Of a stretch of 64,000 nucleotides of DNA, positions 51,481 to 64,000 are shown piece by piece. The notes below the pieces were generated by a model. The model saw nothing but the letters and a program-made list of their open reading frames with translations. It was not told the origin of the DNA and ran no database searches. The translations under genes and the position numbers were made by a program. How positions within the stretch are numbered: position 1 is the stretch's first letter; each line of letters begins with the position of its first letter. The DNA comes from Octopus bimaculoides. Taxonomy: Eukaryota. The DNA lies in NCBI RefSeq assembly GCF_001194135.2, contig NC_068985.1, forward strand, positions 18,307,156-18,371,155, read 5' to 3'.

Positions 51481-53062
51481 AATTCTGATGACAAAACCAG
51501 AAGTTACTACACATTCAGATTTTAGCTCACATTCTCATCTAAGCTGCTTTGAAAGAAGCACCTTTCTTTTAATGGTTACAATGTTGAGAATTAACAGTGT
51601 TATTAAGAAAAGAGGATGAGATTATAAGAAAGTCTGGGAAATGAAATAAAAATAAGAAGAAAAATAAAACAGGGTATATATTTTAAATTAAAACAAGAAC
51701 ATTGCATTTAACTGCTGAACTATCTGGTAATTTACAGGAATAGCTGAATGAAGGAAAGGACATCTAAAAGTAAAAACTACTACTCCACTAAAAATTATTC
51801 CATCCTTGCCAACATGTAAAATATATGAGTAAAGCAGTAAAATGAAAGAAACCAGCAATAATTATTCAAAGTTAATCTTCAGCAAATCAATATGGAAAGG
51901 ATTGTTGCTTGGTCCTGGGTTAGGCATGATTGAGTAGACCTATAATCAAAAGCATTCTAGCTGTGACTATAATGTTGTTTTGTATATCATTAATGATATT
52001 GTTCAATGTGTCTTTCCTTTTTGAAAATGAAAGGGTATAATTTGAAGGAGATTTGACTGCTGTTCTTAGCAAGTCAAGCAACCACAGAGAAATTCCTGTT
52101 TTGATTTAATATAAAAAAAAGGTTAAAACTCAAGTATAGACAGAGACATATATCATATGATAAATAAGATAAACTCTAGCCATAGCTATGTAGTTAAAGA
52201 GTTCACTTTGCAACCATGTGTTTCTGGGTTCACTCTCACAGTATGATGAAATATATTCCCATTAAGAAGTCCACAACTGTATAAAACAGCTAATAATATT
52301 ATACCTGACAATTACACACCATTTATGATATGCTTACAGCTAAATAATTGCAAACTTCCAGGATGTTTGGCCCTTTTGATTTACAAAATTTCCCCCATTT
52401 ATTTTAACCATATATAATTAAACTGATCACAAAGTATGATAAATATAACTAAGTATAAAAACTGCATATATTAAAATTATTTCAAGCGTATAGAATCCCC
52501 TAGTGGACAGTTAATACAAGGGAAATAATCATTTCTTTATAATATTTGGTGGGATTATAAGTTTGAATCTGAAATTTAGTCATTATTTTTTTAAATGATA
52601 GATTAGAATTTGAATTAATTTCTAGAAAACTACAAAGAAATTTTAAATCAAAGTACAATTTTTAATTTGATTAATTTTCATTGATCCCAAAGTACCACTG
52701 ATTACTGATATCAATAATTTATCAATAATAGTTTCTATGAAGCTCCTGTCACTACATGTAATAAAGTAATATGTTATACACCTACCTTGAAAATATCATT
52801 AAAGTTTAGTTATAATTAAAAAATTTATTAAAGTTTAATTATAATCTGTCTTGATCATAAGGCAATATCACAAACAGAATAAACACAGCAAAGAGTCAAC
52901 TGAAGATGGTTCTTATGCAAAATACATTTAATATTCCAGAAACCACATTCACATTCTTTAGAATGCATTAAACTTTGCAGTGATTGGTTTCATAAAATGG
53001 TCAACGGTCAGGCAGATATTATATATTGCTGAGGACCAATAAAACCAAAACACATCCAAAGT

Positions 53063-53432
53063 TGTTATGGCTGTGTGGTTAAGAAGCTCATTTTGCAACC
53101 ACGGGGTTTCGAGTTCAGTCCCACTGCATGGCACCTTGGGTAAGTGTCTTCTACTATAGCTCCAAGACTACTAATGCCTTATGAGTGAATTTGGTAGGTG
53201 AAAACTGTGTGGAAGCATGCCTCATATATGTGTGTGTTTCTCTCCTAATTCTTGACAGCCAACATTGGTTTGTTTATGTCCCTCTAATTTAGCTGTTCAG
53301 CGAAAGAGACCAACAGAATAAGTAACAGATTTAATAAAATACGTGCTGGGGTCGATTTATTCAACTAGACGTTTCAAGGTGGTACCCCAACATGGCCACA
53401 GTCCAATGACTGAGACAAATAAAAGATAAACG
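53063..53432 (+). mobile_element. SINE family A
   Basis: atggctgtgtggttaagaag ... gagttcagtcccactgcatggcaccttggg ... ggggtcgatttattcaactag ... aatgactgagacaaataaaaga. Confidence 0.85.
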
Positions 53433-53999
53433 ATATTGATATCTACCAAAGATTAGGCTCATTCCCCTCTGCATGCCACCATTTAATTTTTACTCAATTT
53501 AAGTTCAGGAGTTCTCTCAAGAATTTTCAGTAATGCTAATGATTTTTCTTCTAATCACAGGTGTTATTTTAAATTGATTAGAAACTCTTTTGGATTCACT
53601 ACATTAAGCATGTTAGCCTACACTTTACTACATATTTACATGCAGAAGGTATCCCTGAGAAATTTTCCAATAATAAATAGAGAAAACCTTTTAGATTTAC
53701 TACATTAATATGTTAGCCTATATTAAACTATATGCTTTCATGCAGTTGTTATCTCTGAGAAATTTTCCAATGAAAATAAAAAGTTATAGGGCAGTATATA
53801 GACTGATGATGTAGTATAAAAAAAAATCTATCTAACATTTAACATAAAGAAGATCAAGGCAGTTTTCTTCGTACAAAAGGTTGCTTTTGTATTTCCTGCA
53901 AAGACTTAATAAAATGGACCTTTCCTCTCAATTACTCTAAAATTTCCACAAATATTAAAATCTTAGATCATCATGTGAAATATGATAGCCAGTCCTAAA

Positions 54000-54415
54000 T
54001 CATCTTCATAATTTAACATCCACTTTTCCACGGGTCAGAATTTGTTGAAGCAGATTTTCTATAGCCAGATGTTTTGCCTGTCTTCAGGGAAGGCAATACT
54101 TTCCCATGGCCAAATGTGTTTTTCATAGAAATTTTACAAGTGATGTAGGTCGTAAATGAACATCACTTGTAATTGTTCATTTCTGACCCACATCACTTGT
54201 ACAACAGTGATGCTTGTTTAAAACCACCACATAATGTTAAGACAGCAGTACAACACACACACTTGAAAGACTTATAGTTTCTATCTTCCAAATCCACTCA
54301 CAAGGTTTTAATTGGCCCAGGGTTATAGTAGAAAACACTTGTCAAAAGTGCAGTACAGTAGAGCTTAACATGAGAACACATGGTTTGGGAGCAAACTTCT
54401 TAACTGCACAGCCAC
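54000..54415 (-). mobile_element. SINE with family A head and RTE tail
   Basis: Same modular layout as 18770-19185. Confidence 0.65.
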
Positions 54416-57049
54416 ATCTGAGTTTGTAATCAGAAAAGCACACAGCAGTTTCAAAGAACTACACAGAACATTCTTAATAATAGTTTTTAACAGAACAATT
54501 TTATGGGAATACCAATCGTCACATACACAAGCTACCCAACCCTAAAATGTTTAAGAACTTGTTATTTAACAATAAGATATTTAATTATTATCATCTGAAG
54601 AGGTGTTTTAGATGCTTTGAGGATCACAAGAGAAAGAGCAGAAACAGTTTTGTTTTTGCTTGTGATTTGTTTTCTTTTCCATAGGAATCACAGCAGCTAA
54701 ATATACCTCACTACTGTTAATTACTATATACATTATTGTTTAACCCTAGGCTAACTCCGTGTAAACCAGTGATCAAAGAGTAGCTGTCATATTATTTCTT
54801 TTCAGGCAGTGTACCCTAGAACCATATTACATTATTCAATGTGTTCCTCCCTACTTTTAAAGATGGTTGGGTATGACACGAGAGAGAGGCCTTGCTATTA
54901 TCTCTAGTAAGTTAAGTGACCATGTAGATATGTACGACTGTGTGCTCATTTCTGTTGACTTTAACTATTGGTAGAATCTACTTTTATTACATTTGAATTT
55001 ATTGGAAACATACTGAATAAAATAAAAAATTTTCATAATTCTTGTCTTAAAAATAAATCAATATTCTTAAAATTTACATAAAGAGTAAAATGTTAATTTA
55101 TTCACTGAGAAATTTACATTATATATGTATATATACCCATTCACTAAAACTTGATTAAGAAACTATCAATTAGGGTTAATGCCAAGAGTTTACTAATTAA
55201 GAAAAAAATTTACTAATTAAGAAAAAAAATTTACTAATTAAGAAAAAAATTGCTAGAAAAAACGTCAATAAGAGTTAATTCAATACATCTGAAAAATAAT
55301 GAACAGTTTAGTGTTTATAAATTTTTTTTTTTTTTTTATTGGCAAGACAGAAATGTAGGCAGGCAAGGAGGAGATGGTGCAATTTATTGATAAGAGGAAA
55401 GCAAAAAGATGCCCCCAACAGTTTAGAAGGAATTAAATAGGAATAACCACTCAAAAGATTCATTGAAGACAGTAGTAAGTAAAATTCCTCAAACAAGCAG
55501 ATAAGCAAGAGATAAATTAAAAAGCAAAACCTGTAGCCTTATTAGCAATCTAATTAAACCATATACCAATCATCAAAATGTTTCAAAGTGTATTTAGTAG
55601 GCATACGCAGCAAGTCAAGTCAGAGAGAAAAGGTTTTCAAGGAGGGTAAGGACAAATGCACTCAGTCGGGTTAGATGTGACTTTGAGTAATCAGTAAATC
55701 ATCCAGATAAGTTCAGCACTTACAAACCAACAAATGCAAACAATATATTGATGGTTATAGGAAAAGAAGAAGTTTTGTTGCAGAGAAAAAAACCCCAACA
55801 AGTGAAGCCAATATTGTTTAACTTGCACAGAAAAACAAGGTTAGTAGCACTTAAAAAAGTGTTCTGACCTTCGCAAGAATGGGCAAGGTTTGAAGATACC
55901 ATTTCTTGGTAAGGTCAACCTAAAAATATAAGAATTAAAAAAAAAATCAACAAAAATCAGTTCTTACATACCTAAATTTAGCTACTGATAAACAATTTAC
56001 TAGCTGATTTTATTAATTAGCTGATTGTAAAATGCTTCATTTTTAGATGTTACAATATCTCAGATAGTTTAAACTTTCCTCAGAAAGATAAAAAAAAAAA
56101 ATGCAACTTAATATATAAATTATTCATAATGTTTAACATTGCTTTTGGTCATACATATTACATTAAAATATGACTTTAGATTGGAGCATATTCTAAAAAA
56201 CAACCAAAAGATTTCTGATAAATGAGCAAGATTTCTTGGTCTTTGAACTTATGTGAAGATATTTTAATGAAAAATAAAATAAAAAAATTACAGAGTCTAA
56301 ACCAATATTCTTCCTTCCGTACTGATGGCTCCATCCAGAGAATAAGCTCAAATTTTCATTCATGTTGAGGATCTTCTAGAAGGCTCAGTTGAAAATCTAC
56401 AAAATAAATTTATTCATTTTCTTATAACCACTTTACGTGGTGTTACAAGAACGTCTAAGACTTTTTGACTAATGATGTAATGTGGATATAACATTGTATA
56501 AACTGTCACTTGCAAAGTAAATTGCTGGGATTCTATAAATGTGATGGTACCAAGATTTTTCTTTAGTTTTTTTTAATGGAGGGTAGTTCATGAAACTATG
56601 AAACTGTCTATATCCTAACATTATATTTGGAAAAACACAAAAAATATTCATTTTATTTTTCTCTTAGTTATAAGGTGAATAGCATATCTTGAGAACTTTC
56701 AGCCAGAAAGCAAACGTAACTATTCAAAAATCTCAGACAATCTATACACTAAGAAACAGACTGCCAAATATTTACAGACAACAGAATAACATTGAAATCA
56801 GACATAGCAACTATGATTACATTAGATTCTAATCTAACAGCCTGATACCTCTTTACCATTTTTTATCTTTTACCAGCTCCATCCTCCCACCACCACCACC
56901 CTCTCTTCTAAAATGTGAGTAGTCATGTAGCTACCCTACAGCAAGAAAACTGTGTTGTTCCAGCCCTTTTCTCTCATATTTTATCCCTCTCTACTCTTTA
57001 TTTTCCTACCATAAAGTTATCCCCTCCCACTCTTCAGTATTTGTAATCT

Positions 57050-57250
57050 TGCAAGCAGTATGGTGACCTCACTAGTGCTGGTGCCATAAAGAAAAAGTGT
57101 CCTGTACATGCTGTAAAGGGGTTGGCATTAGGAAAGACATCCAACTGTAGAAACTGTTCTGGGGACCCATCAGATCACGTCAAACCATCCAACCTATGCC
57201 AGCATATAACATAGATGTTAAAAACGATGATGATGATGATAATGATGACA
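57050..57250 (+). mobile_element. RTE-tail element
   Basis: gttggcattaggaaagacatccaactgtagaaac ... tccaacctatgccagcat ... gttaaaaac(gat)n. Further tail copies at about 29140-29240 (+), 33250-33480 (-) and 34380-34520 (+). Confidence 0.7.
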
Positions 57251-57675
57251 ACAATAACATTGATGATGATGGTGTGTACATAATTTTATATGTATTTCCA
57301 TGTTCCGATATAAACACAAAAGAATACAAACTTTTGCATCCAAGTTTAAACATTCTAACATCAAGATGATACACCTTGCACTGCAAGTGCCATTTTACAT
57401 GAATCAAAATGCAGGTACCAAATCAACTTTATGGTACAGAAATTATTAGAAGTGACAGAAAAGAAATAAAAAAAGCAATTTTCCTTATATATGTGTGTAG
57501 ATCGCTAACCACTACACACATTTTTTTTTCTCTCCTTGTTTCTTTCTGTGTTCCTTTCTGTGGAAGAGCATAGGCTCGAAATGTTAAAGACTTTTTCAAT
57601 TCCTGAGCGTTATACTAATACATCTATTTGTTTTCTACACCACCTGTCTTCGTCTGTTGTTTTTTTGCAAATTCT

Positions 57676-57737
<62 letters not shown>

Positions 57738-58845
57738 GGGAGAGAGAAAGAGATGTACATACATACAAACACACACAACGTAGTATATTTATTAAATAAC
57801 TGATACTCTGTCAGTTACGACGATGAGGGTTCTAGTTGATCCAATCAATGGAACAGCCTGCTCGTGAAATTAATGGGCAAGTGGCTGAGCACTCCACAAA
57901 CACGCAACCTCTTAAGATACACATCTTTTTTTCAATTTCCATGCAAAAAATATCATTTTTTTATTATTTATTTTGAATCTGTATATAAGGAAGAATAAGT
58001 ACACAAATTATTTCGGATCAGTTATGATTTATGATGAAGTTACTGATAGCTAATGATAGAAAATGGGAATAACATCATGAACAAAGTATTTCAAGTTAGA
58101 TATAAGTGACAGATATCTTCAGAATACAGTGAATGTATATTTTCATTCAAATATATCTTTACTAGACATCTCTAAATGAAAATATATGGGATAATATGTC
58201 AAAAAGGTTAATATAGTGCTCAGGGAGATTCAGCATGACAAAGAATATGACAAGGCTGGCCCCTTGCAATACAGGTACTACTCCTTTTTTTGCCAGTTGA
58301 GTGGACTGGAGCAACATGAAATAAAGTGTCTAGCTCAAGGACACAATGTGCTGCTGGGAATCGAACTCACAACCTTATGTTCGTGATCTGAATACCCCAA
58401 CCATTAAGCCACAAGCCTTCACATTTACATAAATGGTTGAGCAAACATTCATCCATCTACTCCATGATACTCCACTCAGCAAGTAATATAAATGCTATTT
58501 GTATACTTATGCCAGCCATTGTGTATATATTTATACATATATCTAATATCAAACACACACACACACACACACACAAAGAGATACATACATATTCATACAT
58601 ACAAACACAAAATGTATGCACATCATACATGTTATGTCTACATACCTACTAGCAACAAAGAGTTTCAGAGTAAATGGAATATGAGGGAGAGGGGGAGTGT
58701 GAAAGACTTGGGTGAGAATGATCTGAAGATAACACACCTTATGAAGGAGGTGACAGAGGATACAAAGACACACACACACACACACACTAGCAGAAGAGAG
58801 GAGAGAAGACATAAATATGCATACATGTAAATACACTCATGCCCT

Positions 58846-58878
<33 letters not shown>

Positions 58879-59447
58879 CATATAAAAGATACTTAAATAC
58901 ATTATACACACATGTTACATATACATAAATACACACATTGGAACATACACTGACAATTCAGTATTAATAACTGCATGTGTTTCTCTTAAACACACAATCC
59001 TACATGTACATTTACGAATGTATTCATAATTGTGAACACACCTCTTAACATATACATGCATACTTTTATGGGAATACATATCACACCTAACTACATATAA
59101 ATACATATATGTATATACGCGATGAAGGAGATGAAATTTGACTCAACAGTAAGTGTGACTATTATTTGTGAATGTGCTATAAAGTGAAGATGTCTTTTAT
59201 TTAGCTTAGTTATTGATTTGCAGCTTTTGCATAAATGTCTGCTCTCAGTTAAAATACAATGCAGAATGGTGACAGTCGACACTGCATTCAAACATATGAA
59301 TTTTCAAACTACCAATAGAAAGATAACATTTATTACATGACTGTCATGCATGCATGTACGTATATATGCATGTATAAAAGAGCTTAAATTTACAAAGACC
59401 ATATTTATATGAAGCAAACTCATCCCTATTCAAACCATATGCATTAA

Positions 59448-59577
59448 CATTTAGCACACTGAAGGCAAATTATGTCATGGTATGAGTTTTCTCCCTTCTT
59501 AATGCAATACAATGTGCCTGCATCCACAGGGGAGAAAACCTGTATAGCGACATGATTTGCCTTCAGCATGCTAAAGG
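59448..59577. mobile_element. Hairpin MITE with 46-nt inverted arms
   Basis: Arms 59450-59495 and 59530-59575 match at 36/46 ungapped; flanked by ttaa on the left and ttga on the right. Confidence 0.7.
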
Positions 59578-60539
59578 TTGATTAGATCAAGCCAATCCTT
59601 TACTAGTCACCTACATAACACCGAACCTAAGAAATGAAAGAACTCTTCCAACACTCATTTGCTTAGATTTCCACATTTCAGCGAAAGTACAACTGCAAGG
59701 CCATTTATAGGGAAAATATAAAGCTGATATAGAGTTTTATATGAAGCTTTATATGCAGCTTATAAAGCTTTATATAATGTATATATGAAGCTGGCTAACC
59801 TGAGAACTTCCTAACAGAAATGCCTTAGAAACAGCTCCTCAACAGATGCCTGTGAGAGCTGGCCAACTGTTCTATGCACAAAACATATACATGCCTGTAA
59901 ACTTACTCTGTGTACCAAGTCCAATGCAACAAGACAATAAACAGGCAATTTGATTCAGCTCATATACATCTGAATCAAGGAACATCTTTTCACACATGCA
60001 TCATCATTCATAAAACACTTTGACAAATGTAGGAACATGAACATTGCAGTAATCTGTGATACCAACCAACTTCTGATACCCCTGGGTTCCATGATATAAC
60101 TTCTTGTTTTAAAGTGATCTAGAATTAAACCTTCCTTCAAAATTTAATTTATATTCTAAATACCAGCTTAATTAATGACATAGTTATTCTAATAAATTTT
60201 TCATTATTTTCAAAATTAATTAGAACAAAGGCAAAGGCCTTTCAACAGATATGGTAACAAAAAGGTTAAATAAACCATTCTGATTAAAATAAGCCAAATC
60301 ATTGCTTTTCAAAAGTGGTATTTTACCAAAAATATCAGGACTAATTAAATATTTTAAAGGTAATATTTCAATATCTTTGTTATTATTATTATTGGTGCTG
60401 AATATTCTAATGATGATGCCATTACCAAAAATTGTTTTTTGTGTGTACATCTGGAGAGAGAGAGAAAAAGAGTCAGAGAAAGAGAAAGAGGTGTGTTTAT
60501 ACATAAATATACATTTGTATATATGTATAAACATGTTTA

Positions 60540-60577
<38 letters not shown>

Positions 60578-61535
60578 CTGGATTTTCATTGTTTTTTATT
60601 TCTTTATTTTCACAAGTCCTTTCATGTTTCACGACAACCTTCAGGTGATGCTAAAATGGCATTGATAACTAAGTGGCAATTATGTGCAGTTTCAAAAGAG
60701 ATAATTTATAAAATGATCTTAATATTACAACAATTTTCAGATGAATAACTTTAGATCAAATTAAATTCAATTGAATATTATAATACATTCAGAACTTGTC
60801 TGAACTTCAAAAGTTTCTTTTCTTTCACCCAACTTTTAACAGGAGTCATTTGGTTTATAAAATTGGAATACTGAAAAATTTTTCTTGTAGCATATTTCCA
60901 AAGGACTACTTAGTGGGATCCCTCTGACTAATGTCAGAGGGGTCCCTAACTTGTAACTGCTGTTATATGTGCACACATATGTGCTTATATGGTTTATATT
61001 TGCATTGGTAAATATTTTTCTTCTTTGCTTTGAAACACTGACCAGCATGTATAAATGACATTAAAAATATTCTGCTTACATTGATCATGTACCACTACAA
61101 AAGGTGCTATACTCTAGTCTTTTGTACCTCTTTTTGGGGTTGCCTGAAGTTCCACAGGTAATGCTTTTGGAGAGAAAGACAAATGATGGAAAAAGAAAGA
61201 GTAAAATAAAGAAAAGGAATCATGGTCGAAGAGTGAAAGAGATGGAAGTTAAGAGAATGGATAAAGACAAACTTCAAATCTGAAAAAGAAAATTTAATTT
61301 CATTCACATACACATGCATGCACACACCAATACATGCATACATACTCAGACACACAGACATACTCACACACATTTTTGTATATTACAAATATGTAATGCT
61401 GAATCACCAAAAGTAAATGGAAATATTTCATGCTAAAAAAAGTTTTAATTTCTTTCTTTCTATGAAAGAAACTATATGGAAGAAATTAGGTCTTTAACAT
61501 CATTGTGTATCTAAATCTTCTATAATAACCTACAC

Positions 61536-61577
<42 letters not shown>

Positions 61578-61844
61578 TCTGTCTTGTATCCTGCTAAAGC
61601 ATTCGTTTATATTTATTGTTTACATAAATTTTTATCACAGTTTAGTTGTAGAAATTTGAAAAACCTACAAGAATAGGTGCAAGCGCTAATATTTATAAAA
61701 CATGTGACATATTAATACAAATCTGTAAATGTACAACCATCCAGATATCTGAGTACCTTATTATTTTTTCTAATATATATNNNNNNNNNNNNNNNNNNNN
61801 NNNTATATATATATGTATGTATGTATGTATGTATGAATGTATTT

Positions 61845-62030
61845 GTGTGTCTGGGTTTGTCCCTCCACCATTGTTTGACAACAGATGTTAGTGGTTCAGC
61901 AAAAGATACTGATAGAATAAGTACTAGGCTTACAAAGAATAAGTCCTGGGATTGATTTGTTCAACTAAAGGTGCTGCTCCAGCATGGCCCCAGTCAAATG
62001 ACTGAAACAAGTAAAACAATAAAGGTATCA
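61845..62030 (+). mobile_element. SINE family A, 3' part
   Basis: ttcagcaaaagatactgatagaataagtact ... ccagcatggccccagtcaaatgactgaaacaagtaaaa. Confidence 0.7.
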
Positions 62031-63962
62031 ATCCATTTCATCAGTATTTCATGACTTTTTTTATTTGCCAAAATACTGACGAGGTAATTTGTTAAAATCA
62101 TATAATTTCACCAAATGACTGCGTAATTCTGTCAGTTGATTCATCAAAACACATGTATGCTTTATAAAGTTTAAACTACTAAATATATTTCTCGTATTTT
62201 ATTAATGATATATATATGTACATATATACTTATTTATATGGGTGTGTGCATGTATATATACACACATATATCATCCACTTTAACATGCATTTTTTTATGC
62301 TAGCATGGGTCAGATACATGTGTGCATGTGCACACATATATATGGATGCATGTGTATGTGTGTGTATCTATATATGTGAAATTTTTTTGTGCACTGGAAC
62401 GCCTTACATATTTTAGCTTTCCCCTCCCTTCTGACTTTAATTTGCATTGCATTACTCTGGGAGATGACAAAATAATCACTGGGTCCAGTTTGTACTCCAG
62501 TATGATTGTGAGAAATCAATATTATAATATTCTAATTATTTCATCTAATTTACTGATTTCCATGAATCATAACTTGAATTTGCAATAATTGAGATGATTA
62601 ACACAGTGTCCTAATCATTGATTAACCTAAATCCTGTGTTCAGAATAGCAGACTTTGTATCATAATTTATTCAGATTGTTTACAGAACCAAAAAAATGCC
62701 AAAATTTTATAACAGTAGTTCCAGGTAAGCACATTCAAACTATATACTGGTTGGCATTTTTTAAGCACTTAGTTTGTTTCTTTTTTTTTTTTAAGTGGAG
62801 AGCTTTTACAAGATTAATTTTCTACATTGATCGAAAAGAGACTTTCTAAATCCAGCAGCAAATATTTAATGAATGATGATTTGCTAACAAATAAATAATG
62901 TAACAGTAGCATAATCTATTTGAATATACATTCACAGATTTGATTTTTTTTTTTTTTTACCTCATCATGCAAATAAAAGAAAATAAAAGAGAAAACTAAG
63001 AAACTATCCCTTTTTTAACCACAATATCAGATGAAAAGAGAATTTGCTATTTAACCACTTAACTGCGAAATTAAATTTCATGGTTATTCCAGTAATGTCA
63101 ACCAAACAGCAGAATTGGTATTTTCTGCATGTTGTGATGCCTCAATAAACTTGGCATATTTCAACAAAAAATTGTTTTAAACGTAAGACTGGTATATAAA
63201 AATGGTACATAAAACTGCTTTCCACAGTTAAATGTAAAGAAATTTTGAGTGGATACATGGTTTTTGCTGTTAAAGAGTTAAACCAACCTAAAATAATGTG
63301 AGATTATAAGAAAATATTCCCCACAGATAACAGTATTGCTCTGTCTTGTGATTTCATACATTTATACAGAATCTAGCTAAACACTAGATTCTCTGTGTGC
63401 TTCATCAACAAAAATGATTAAGTTGCCTTAAGCAACTTGTATATTCAATTAGTAGTTCATGAATGCAGAATTTAAATCAAGCATTTCTTAGCTTTTCTAA
63501 TCAGAAAACTGTTCAATGTGCTTCAGTTTATCTACCTACAAAGGAACAGAGCTCTAGGAATATATCAACTGTGATGAACTATCACCCTGTATAGCAGGAA
63601 AATGTCATATTTATTTAATGCTTCATAAAATGGAACTGCATAGAGGTGCATGGGTTAGTACTTAGGATGTTGGACTCATCATCATAGGGTTGTCATTTCA
63701 ATTCCTGGAGTGGGTGATGCATTGTATCCTTGAGCAAAATAATTCATTTCACATAGCTCCAGTCCACTCAGCTGGCAAAAATTAGTAATTCCTGAGAACA
63801 TGAGATATTTTTTTCCAGGAACTCACTGACCATAAATAGCGATGTGCATTGTACATGTGTATTATATACAAATATATATATACGTATATATGCATTTGTA
63901 TAAAGGAAAGAATAAATAGTCAAAAGGAAGAGGGAATATGATTCAACTATAATATATATATA

Positions 63963-64000
<38 letters not shown>

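Larger units (their letters stand above)
2050..61803. other. Assembly gaps (N runs) at 2050-2125, 4765-5230, 6291-6898, 21401-22239, 23634-23887, 38000-38611, 41374-41383 and 61781-61803
   Basis: Direct reading; most gaps abut microsatellites or young repeats. Confidence 0.99.

Noticed and set aside
41618-61575. (CA/TG)n tracts as Z-forming sequence inside a Z-alpha protein gene
   Set aside because: Such tracts occur throughout the window and appear to be a general feature of this genome; no enrichment can be shown.

Overview
AT-rich animal genomic DNA with eight assembly gaps. The repeat landscape (tRNA-headed SINEs, RTE tails ending in (GAT)n, TA/CA microsatellites) and the main gene suggest a coleoid cephalopod, probably Octopus; this is inference. 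The window is dominated by one minus-strand gene, an ADAR1 ortholog (dsRNA adenosine deaminase). I traced nine coding exons by hand from 48798 to the stop at 12124. All have GT-AG boundaries and compatible phases, and together they give 3594 nt (1197 aa plus stop) with no in-frame stop. Domain order: intact Z-alpha, degenerate second winged-helix (Z-beta-like) domain, long Ser/Lys/Asn-rich low-complexity region, a single dsRBD split by a 14.5-kb intron, and a complete deaminase domain. The true start codon lies in an upstream exon I could not fix; candidates sit near 56.3 kb and 55.9 kb. Introns carry SINEs, RTE, CR1-like and Penelope-like relics, Tc1/mariner relics and TTAA-flanked MITEs. The Ser-rich domain is already described in squid ADAR1, so it is not new. 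The most interesting leads are inverted retroelement pairs, one 94/94 identical, that bracket the catalytic exons and the giant Z-domain exon. These could make the ADAR1 pre-mRNA its own substrate, but that remains a hypothesis. Exon numbers E2-E10 are provisional.
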